Source of the DNA: an uncultured Pseudomonadota bacterium
Lineage (GTDB): Bacteria; Pseudomonadota; Alphaproteobacteria; Rs-D84; CACZYB01
NCBI GenBank assembly: GCA_902785275.1
Contig: CACZYB010000002.1
Span: forward strand, 64,001-128,000
Reading direction: 5' to 3'
DNA: 64,000 nt
The notes below the pieces were generated by a model that was not told the origin of the DNA, searched no databases, and worked only from the letters and a program-made list of their open reading frames with translations. The translations under genes and the position numbers were made by a program. Shown in pieces: positions 10,518 through 18,057 of the stretch; positions within the stretch are counted from its first letter, which is position 1, and every line of letters begins with the position of its first letter.

Positions 10518-10784
10518 ATGTTTTCTGGAAATTTAAAATTTTTAGTAATTTTGCTAAGTATTATTGGTGGACTTTTTGTAATCGCAAAACTTAAATATTT
10601 TATACTTTTCATTTCATGGACGGTTATTATATTTTGCCTTGGTATCCTTTACATAAAGGCTAACAGTCAGAACAAAGAATTACAGGAAAAAATTGATTTT
10701 TATTTCAGAAAGTTTATGAACTCTAAATTCGTTGAATTTATTGTTTCAATTCGTGATAAAATTCAAAATCAAAGGAAGAAATAA
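10518..10784 (+). CDS. Small two-TM membrane protein
   Basis: 88 aa, GAGG upstream, stop abuts the next start. Confidence 0.75.
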   Translation: MFSGNLKFLVILLSIIGGLFVIAKLKYFILFISWTVIIFCLGILYIKANSQNKELQEKIDFYFRKFMNSKFVEFIVSIRDKIQNQRKK

Positions 10785-12428
10785 TTGGCGGAAAAAACAG
10801 AAGGCGGATTTTTCAGTATTTTTGGCACCATTATCTCATTCATAAGATGGGGTTTAATGGGGCTATTTATACTATTGCTTTTTGTTTTGGGGGTGAAGTT
10901 TTATCCTGTATTAAAGGATTGCTGGACCTGTAATATTTTTTCCAGTCTTTATAATGCCTTTTCAATAATTGGAGCCTATACCTTTAGTTATTTTCAGGAA
11001 AATATTTTTGTTTTGATTTCTGTTTGTCTTGCCCTTTGGATTGTTTACGAAACATATAAGGCTTTGGAATCAAGCTTAACTTTTCTTATGCCGGATGCTC
11101 CAAAGTTTGATGATGGCTTTTTCAAAAAGATTTATAAAAAGATGTTTTTAACAACTGCGGTTGTTGGGCTTGTCATTTTAAACAGTCCGCGAAATGTTTT
11201 TTCTAATACATTTGAAATCACACTTGATTTCGGAAGCAGTATCAGTCGTGAATTCATTCGAAAGAAAATTGTTGATAAATCACAAATCCCATCTGAATGT
11301 GAAAAAACTTCCCGTGAACTTGTATATTCATCAGAAGGTGTTCTTTCCGATAACACACGCGATGATATGGTTTGCTTTTTAAAAGAAGTAAATATTTTAA
11401 GACAAGATTATATGGATTTGGGTATTGCCCTTGTCGAATATGCAAAGCCAAGTTTGATGAGAATGTTTGGTGATGCTATCTTTGTAAAACTTTCAACACT
11501 TATTTTGGGACATAGTATTTCAAAACGTTTTAGTGCTAAGTGGTTAAAAAAGCAGGAAAAGAAATTAAACAAGCTTTCCAATGGTAAGGATATTGAAAAG
11601 AACAAGAAAAAAATTGAAAAAATAAAAAAGCTTATTGAAAAGGCTGGCGATGATGCTGAAAATGGTGGTAAAAAACAAAAGATAAATAAGGCTGTGGGAC
11701 GTGCTATTTCACGTAGTTCAACCAATCTTGCTTTGGTGGATGCTTTGATTGAGTTTTTTGTTGATGATGATGTTCGTATGGGGCTTGCTGGACTTATGCT
11801 TATTATTGGTCTTTTCCTTGTTAATATGTTCTTTGCATTTGTTATTGTTGAAAAAATGTTATTCTTGGGTGTATCAATTTTGCTTCTTCCTCTTTTGGCC
11901 GCATGTTATATTTTTGAACAGACACGAAGTTTTGCAACTAAGTCACTAAAGGATACTTTCAGTTTTGCCATAGGACTTATTTTTATGAGTATTACAATGG
12001 TAATGTGTGCCGAAATTAATGATTGGATTTTGGGGGGAATGTTCTCTGCTCCTGGTTCATCAAATGTTTCTCGTACACTCGAAGCTATTGCATTGATAAA
12101 GGCTGGTAATATCGAAGAGTTCAACAAACTTGTCGGAACAGATTGGTACTTTGTTTACATTGTCTTTCTAGTAGGTGTTGACTTCTTATTGGTTAAATCT
12201 GCGGGAACTTTTGCTTCATGGTTTAATGGTTCATTTTCAGACTCTGAACTTGTTAAACCATTGTGGAAGATGGGAACATCTGCATATGCAACAACACTAT
12301 CTGTTGTGCGTGAGGTAAAACTTTACGTAAAAGATGGTGATTTAAAATCAAGGGATCGTGGCGCAGTTATCGATAGATTTTTCAGAAATCATTTTGGTAA
12401 AAAGGAGGCAGAAGATGAGAAAAAATAG
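10785..12428 (+). CDS. TrbL/VirB6-like polytopic membrane protein, paralogue 1
   Basis: TTG start; CWTC; MVCFL; VirB6-like core LLLPLLAACYIFEQTRSFA. Confidence 0.6.
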   Translation: MAEKTEGGFFSIFGTIISFIRWGLMGLFILLLFVLGVKFYPVLKDCWTCNIFSSLYNAFSIIGAYTFSYFQENIFVLISVCLALWIVYETYKALESSLTFLMPDAPKFDDGFFKKIYKKMFLTTAVVGLVILNSPRNVFSNTFEITLDFGSSISREFIRKKIVDKSQIPSECEKTSRELVYSSEGVLSDNTRDDMVCFLKEVNILRQDYMDLGIALVEYAKPSLMRMFGDAIFVKLSTLILGHSISKRFSAKWLKKQEKKLNKLSNGKDIEKNKKKIEKIKKLIEKAGDDAENGGKKQKINKAVGRAISRSSTNLALVDALIEFFVDDDVRMGLAGLMLIIGLFLVNMFFAFVIVEKMLFLGVSILLLPLLAACYIFEQTRSFATKSLKDTFSFAIGLIFMSITMVMCAEINDWILGGMFSAPGSSNVSRTLEAIALIKAGNIEEFNKLVGTDWYFVYIVFLVGVDFLLVKSAGTFASWFNGSFSDSELVKPLWKMGTSAYATTLSVVREVKLYVKDGDLKSRDRGAVIDRFFRNHFGKKEAEDEKK

Positions 12429-14517
12429 TTTTGCCTTTTTGCTTATCTTTTTTGTTTCAATTTTTTCAGGAAATGCTTTTGCTGGAAATTGTTCTTATAA
12501 CGATGCGATAATTTATTTTTCGTCGCCAAGTGTTACACTTTCCTCCTATAATCCAGAATATTATTGCAGTGATATTTTATACCTTATCAAAAACAAAAAG
12601 GGGAATATGTCACTTGATGCATATAAGAAATTATATCCACAAAAGCTTCACAGTAATGTAAAGTATTTACGTTCCCTTGGTCTAACTCCGGACATTATCG
12701 AAGAAGAAATAGAAGATTTTGATTACGACTTTTTGTTAACAAAGGAAACAACAGATACCTATCTAAAAAATTTAATTGCGAACTATCGTTCTGGTGATAA
12801 TATATTTGTCGTTACAGATAATTCCATAGAACCAGATCCTGAATTATTCCAATATAATGCACAGGGTGATATTGTTAATTCCGAAAAAAATTATAAAACA
12901 TGTATCAAAGTAAAGGATTCAAATCCAACTGAAAGTTCACTTTATTCATCCGAAAATGTTGGATATAATCAAATAATAAATGCTATTCCTCCGGCATTAA
13001 GACCTATTGTTGTAAGCGGGGGTAAATTACAAAATATTTTCGATATGGATGTTGCAACAATTGATAATAATCCTGCACTTGGAAAACGAAAATTTGGAGC
13101 AATAACTCCTATGAATGGCCCAAGGTCATTCCGTTTTGTTGATTTTTCAAATGATATCTTTGAAAAAAATAACAGTACATCTATTGAATGGATTGATAAG
13201 GTTTGCAAACCTTCAAGTTTAGAAGATAAGGTAAAACGAAACAGTACATGCTTCCTTTGCCCATACATTGTTATGATATTTGATGAAGTTTCATACATAT
13301 TTGATTACATGTATAAAACATTTAAATATACTATGCTTATATTCTTAATAGTATTTGGAAGTCTTTTTATCGTATTTGAGTTTTTAAAAGGTTTTTCATC
13401 CCTTCCATTTACCGCTGATTTTTCTGGTTATCCAAAGACTATTGCAAAAAAGTTACAGGCAATACTTATTGTTGTTACAATAATTTGGATACCACCAAGA
13501 AATCTTTTCTCATGGACGATACAGCCTGTTCTTGATTTAACAATTTATATTTCTGATACAATAATGGAGGTTGGAAATAAATCTGGTAATCAATACAAAT
13601 GTAATGGAGATACTATCGTTGATGAAATTAATCAAAAGCGTATCGAAGAACATAAAGAATTTCAGGTTCCACCAGTCGTAAAGCAAAAGCAACTTGCTAA
13701 TATCCAGTTAATAGAAGATGCTTCAATCCTTTCTAAAACAACAATGGGAAATATCATTTGCTTTTTAAATAATACACTAGAGGCAAACGGTAAACAAATG
13801 ACCATGGGTGAAATTTTGGTAACAAAAGCATTCAGTTTTTCTAAACATCCAGAATATGAATACCGTTTTCTTGGATTTATTTTTGGTGTCATAGTTTTTG
13901 GTTTGTATTTTTTAATCAGTATAATGATTTCATTCTATATTTTGGATGGGCTTCTTGAATTTTTCAAAATTGCAATTATGTGGCCATTCTTTGTGTTTGG
14001 TTATGCGTTCCAGTATACAAAGTTTAATGTAAAAAGTATAATAGGTACGGCAAAAAGCTTTGGTTTAACATTGATAAATATTGCAGTATTTTCAGTTTTC
14101 AATTCTGCACTTTTGAATAGTTTCTATTTCGTTGGCACACGTGAAAATTTGCTTACCATACTTAACGAAGCGATTAAAAAGGATGATGTTTCAATAATTC
14201 TTAAAAATGTGCCAAGTGATCCACTTGCTATAACTCAATTCTTGTTCATCGTGTTCTGTATTTATTACATTTATTCAAAGCTTGGTGTATTGGCATCATC
14301 TTATGGTGGCTCTATGGGTGGAATAAGTATTGGAAATAATATCAGAAATATTGTAAACTCTTCCCGAAGTGCGATTACATCTGTTACCAGAAAGCTTGAT
14401 GATAAAGCAAGAAAGTTTTCAAAAAAATCAAATGAAGAGGATGAAATTCCACAGCCGGAACAACCAAAACAAGAAGAAAATGACAAAGCTAATGAAGAGG
14501 AAACAACCAATGCGTAA
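12415..14517 (+). CDS. TrbL/VirB6-like protein, paralogue 2, with N-terminal exported domain
   Basis: ATG at 12415 after AAGGAGG; signal peptide (AFA-G); CFLC; IICFL; MWPFFVFGYAFQYTKF. Confidence 0.6.
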   Translation: MRKNSFAFLLIFFVSIFSGNAFAGNCSYNDAIIYFSSPSVTLSSYNPEYYCSDILYLIKNKKGNMSLDAYKKLYPQKLHSNVKYLRSLGLTPDIIEEEIEDFDYDFLLTKETTDTYLKNLIANYRSGDNIFVVTDNSIEPDPELFQYNAQGDIVNSEKNYKTCIKVKDSNPTESSLYSSENVGYNQIINAIPPALRPIVVSGGKLQNIFDMDVATIDNNPALGKRKFGAITPMNGPRSFRFVDFSNDIFEKNNSTSIEWIDKVCKPSSLEDKVKRNSTCFLCPYIVMIFDEVSYIFDYMYKTFKYTMLIFLIVFGSLFIVFEFLKGFSSLPFTADFSGYPKTIAKKLQAILIVVTIIWIPPRNLFSWTIQPVLDLTIYISDTIMEVGNKSGNQYKCNGDTIVDEINQKRIEEHKEFQVPPVVKQKQLANIQLIEDASILSKTTMGNIICFLNNTLEANGKQMTMGEILVTKAFSFSKHPEYEYRFLGFIFGVIVFGLYFLISIMISFYILDGLLEFFKIAIMWPFFVFGYAFQYTKFNVKSIIGTAKSFGLTLINIAVFSVFNSALLNSFYFVGTRENLLTILNEAIKKDDVSIILKNVPSDPLAITQFLFIVFCIYYIYSKLGVLASSYGGSMGGISIGNNIRNIVNSSRSAITSVTRKLDDKARKFSKKSNEEDEIPQPEQPKQEENDKANEEETTNA

Positions 14518-16501
14518 ATTAAAATATTTCTTGATGCTCATTTCTTTTGTCTTTGTTATGCAAAGCAATATTTCCTTTTCTGCAACACATAATTGTCAAA
14601 ATCCGGAACTTTATTTGCTATCAAATGACGAAGTTAATATGTCCAATTCAGAATTTTACTGTTGGGAGATAAGATATTTAAAACAATACCATAATCTTTT
14701 ATCAACATCAATGAATTCATATTACAGTTTTTATGCAAAAAATTTGGATAAGGATAATATCGAAGTTTTACGAAAGCTTGGTGTCACACCGGAAAAATAT
14801 GACTATCTTAAAAAGTATTTTATTGATGAAGATGATGACGAAGAAGATGATTTCAAAAAGGTTATTGAAATTGCTATTTCTCGTTCAAAAAAAACTTTAA
14901 CAGACAAAGTTGAATATAAGTACGGAAATCCAATTTTTTCAGTAGGAAGTTTTTTGCATCCATTGCATAATACTTTGGAAACTTTAAAAAGTATTCCATC
15001 AAATATAATTCCAAAGAAAACAGTTTATGATAGTTTTCTTAAAATATTTGGGCAAAAATGTATACCTTCCTATGCAAATAATATTTCAAAAGTAATAAAT
15101 AAATATCCATCTGCACTACAACCTGTTGGTGTGATTGGTAAATATTTTGTAAATGCTTTTGGAGAGGTTTCTCTTGAACTTAATCATGTAAAAGAAAATC
15201 TTTTTTACCCAACGTATGATATCAGATTGCCAAATAATGAAAAATCTTATGGTAATTGGGATACAAAGTATTGTAGTGTTTCTGATTTCGGCCGTACAAT
15301 GAAAAGGGCATTTTCTTGCACACCATGTACAATGTTTGAAATTGCATTTAATACAGTTTCAAGAGTTGGTTTCGTTTTGTATGATAAGCTTTCACGTTTT
15401 GCAATTGAGTTGATGATTGTTTTATTTTCTCTTTGGTCATTACTAATGTTCTTTGATAATGCGATAAAAAAGCAAGATGGTTTTTCATATATAAAAACAT
15501 TCTTTTCAAAAATTATTTGGGTATTTATCGTAGGTGCATTTTTATCCGTATCAATAAAGGATGAAAATAATATTGTTAATTATACGATACGTCCTATTAC
15601 TGATTTTATGGTTGGATATAGCAATGTTATGACCCGTGCCATAGATACCACCCATTCAGAGTGGACCTGTAAATATGCAACAAGGGATTTAAAGGATAAC
15701 AAATATCTTTTTTCAAAGGATGTAAAGCAAGATATCGTTTGCACCATTGAACGAATTGCTGATTTTAATAATCTAAATATATTGGTTGGTGTAAGTGTGA
15801 TGAAACAAGGTTTTTCACAAGTTATGGATATTGAAATAGGAAGTGGTGTTACAAAAATTTTGCTTGGTCTTACCATTGCGGGAATATTCTTTATATTCAA
15901 TTTATCCGTGCCATATTACTTTATCGAGTCACTTTTCCATATTGCACTTGTCGTATTTCTTTTCCCATTGTTTTTGATGGCGTATGCATTTGATAAAGGA
16001 AAGTCATTTGTTAAAAATGGATTTGATACATTTCTTTCATCAATTTCACAAATTATCGCCTTATCCATTATGTGTTCAGTAATAAGTTTATTGATGTACT
16101 ATATTTCATCAATCAATTTTTACGATTTGCAAAAAGCAATAGAAACAAATAATAGCCAAGAAGTTGCATCATCAATGCTTTTGTTTTATTCCTTTAACAC
16201 AAATTATCTTTTGGAAATTATTTATACAGGAATTATTTGCTGGTGGCTTTTATCTAAGTCATTGGAATTTGCGAATGCATTTGGTTCAAGTCATGATGAG
16301 TTACCAAAAACATTTGGTAAATTTATGGGCAGTTCGGTTAAGGCTGCGACAAGTGTTGTTGTCGACTATGCTTATATGAAAATGAAGGCAAGTACTTTGG
16401 CTGAAAAACTTCGAAAGGATAAAGATAAAGAAGCGAAAAATCTTCAAAAAGCAAAAAATCTTGCTAATGAAATTTTGGAAAAAGTAGGTGAAAAGAAATG
16501 A
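14510..16501 (+). CDS. TrbL/VirB6-like protein, paralogue 3, with N-terminal exported domain
   Basis: ATG at 14510 overlapping the previous gene's end; signal peptide; CTPC; IVCTI; FLFPLFLMAYAFDKGKSF. Confidence 0.6.
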   Translation: MRKLKYFLMLISFVFVMQSNISFSATHNCQNPELYLLSNDEVNMSNSEFYCWEIRYLKQYHNLLSTSMNSYYSFYAKNLDKDNIEVLRKLGVTPEKYDYLKKYFIDEDDDEEDDFKKVIEIAISRSKKTLTDKVEYKYGNPIFSVGSFLHPLHNTLETLKSIPSNIIPKKTVYDSFLKIFGQKCIPSYANNISKVINKYPSALQPVGVIGKYFVNAFGEVSLELNHVKENLFYPTYDIRLPNNEKSYGNWDTKYCSVSDFGRTMKRAFSCTPCTMFEIAFNTVSRVGFVLYDKLSRFAIELMIVLFSLWSLLMFFDNAIKKQDGFSYIKTFFSKIIWVFIVGAFLSVSIKDENNIVNYTIRPITDFMVGYSNVMTRAIDTTHSEWTCKYATRDLKDNKYLFSKDVKQDIVCTIERIADFNNLNILVGVSVMKQGFSQVMDIEIGSGVTKILLGLTIAGIFFIFNLSVPYYFIESLFHIALVVFLFPLFLMAYAFDKGKSFVKNGFDTFLSSISQIIALSIMCSVISLLMYYISSINFYDLQKAIETNNSQEVASSMLLFYSFNTNYLLEIIYTGIICWWLLSKSLEFANAFGSSHDELPKTFGKFMGSSVKAATSVVVDYAYMKMKASTLAEKLRKDKDKEAKNLQKAKNLANEILEKVGEKK

Positions 16502-18057
16502 ACGTTAATGAAAAGGCAAAAGAAATTGCTACAGATAAAATAAAGAGTGTGCTTCATTTTTCTCTTGTAAGCATAAAATTTATATTTACATACATTATCT
16601 TTGGCTTTTTTGGCCTTATTGCACTTGCTATTGTTGGAAGTAAATTAAGTGGCGATTGGACTGTTGGTGTATCATTTAACGAATGGTGGGGCTCTATGAC
16701 CAAACTTCCACTTGTTAATGGAAAATTTTCCGCCGTTGATCCTGGTACATGTCTTGTCTGTGATTTATTTTCCAAATGCTTTGATTTAATGAGTGTTATG
16801 GGATTAAAGATGTATATTTATATCGCAGATGTTGCATGGACACTTATTACCATGGGTTTTGCTGTTTGGATTTTGATGTATATGTACGACCATTTGATAA
16901 AAGAACAAGATGGTGATGTACATAAAATGATTGTTGATGTCGCAAAAAGAATTATAATAATAAGTATTGTTGGTGTTGCACTATTTTCAACAAGTGATAA
17001 GTCAAAAAATGAAAAATATCTTCAATATATTTCAAATACTATTGTTGACAGTACCGCTGTCCCAGTCCTTAAAATGGGGGTAGGTGTCGGTGCAAAAATT
17101 CTTGATACTAATATTTGTTCATCACTAAGTTATCCAAAAACAGAAGTGCAGGGAATGTTAAGTTCTGAATTAAAAGAAGATATGCTTTGTCTTTTGAATA
17201 CGGTAAGCAGTGTTTACCTAAGTGCAATGAGTGCTGGTTCAAATATGGTTGCCATGTCATGGAAAAGTTTTGCTTCTAATCCTGTAAAATACAAAAGTAA
17301 TTTACCTGATATTGTCGCCGGTATGTCACTTATTGCTATATTCTTAATTATGTATGTGACAATACCGTTTATGTTGATTGATATAGTCTTTACCTTTGGT
17401 ATATTACTTTCATTTTTGCCACTTATGATTGGTGGTTATGCGTATGATAATACAAAGGGCTTTTCCAAAAAGGGTATCGATTCGCTTTGGGGAATGTGCT
17501 TCTACATTATAATATATTCAATATTCCTTGGTATAATATATTCATCGTTCGTTTATATTGCCGATATGTATTATCCTGGCCCACTTGATAACTTCACATA
17601 TCTTTTCCCTGATTTTATGTACAAAGATATGGTTGGAAGTCAAACAGCAAACCTTATGAAAAGTCAGGCGTTTGCATCATGCTATAATGCTGCGAATGGT
17701 AATATTTCACAAATTCAAAATTGCCTTCTAAAGGTTGGAATAGAATTCGAAATGCCAAATTTCGAAAACCCAGGTGGAAGCTTCTTACCAATGTTTACAT
17801 TTGGACTTTTATCCCTTATGATTATGGGAAGTGTAAAGGTTTATTCCGGATTATTAAAAGGCTATACTTTTGAAATTGGCGCTGCATCAATGAAGCTTAT
17901 CCAATCTTCATGGGGGTGGATAACAAGTAAGGTTTCACGTGAAGTCAAAGGCTTTAGAAAAATTGTTTCAGAGGCAGCTCTTAAAAAAGATGATATTAAT
18001 AAACAGGCCGATGCGGTTGTTGATGAAGCAAAGGATGTAGAGGATACCGAAGAATGA
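16498..18057 (+). CDS. TrbL/VirB6-like protein, paralogue 4
   Basis: ATGA overlap; CLVC; MLCLL; FLPLMIGGYAYDNTKGFSKKG. Confidence 0.6.
   Translation: MNVNEKAKEIATDKIKSVLHFSLVSIKFIFTYIIFGFFGLIALAIVGSKLSGDWTVGVSFNEWWGSMTKLPLVNGKFSAVDPGTCLVCDLFSKCFDLMSVMGLKMYIYIADVAWTLITMGFAVWILMYMYDHLIKEQDGDVHKMIVDVAKRIIIISIVGVALFSTSDKSKNEKYLQYISNTIVDSTAVPVLKMGVGVGAKILDTNICSSLSYPKTEVQGMLSSELKEDMLCLLNTVSSVYLSAMSAGSNMVAMSWKSFASNPVKYKSNLPDIVAGMSLIAIFLIMYVTIPFMLIDIVFTFGILLSFLPLMIGGYAYDNTKGFSKKGIDSLWGMCFYIIIYSIFLGIIYSSFVYIADMYYPGPLDNFTYLFPDFMYKDMVGSQTANLMKSQAFASCYNAANGNISQIQNCLLKVGIEFEMPNFENPGGSFLPMFTFGLLSLMIMGSVKVYSGLLKGYTFEIGAASMKLIQSSWGWITSKVSREVKGFRKIVSEAALKKDDINKQADAVVDEAKDVEDTEE

Noticed and set aside
12358-14509. 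Longer ORF-track starts at 12358 and 14369
   Set aside because: They overlap the upstream genes extensively; ATG 12415 and ATG 14510 have RBSs and give signal peptides
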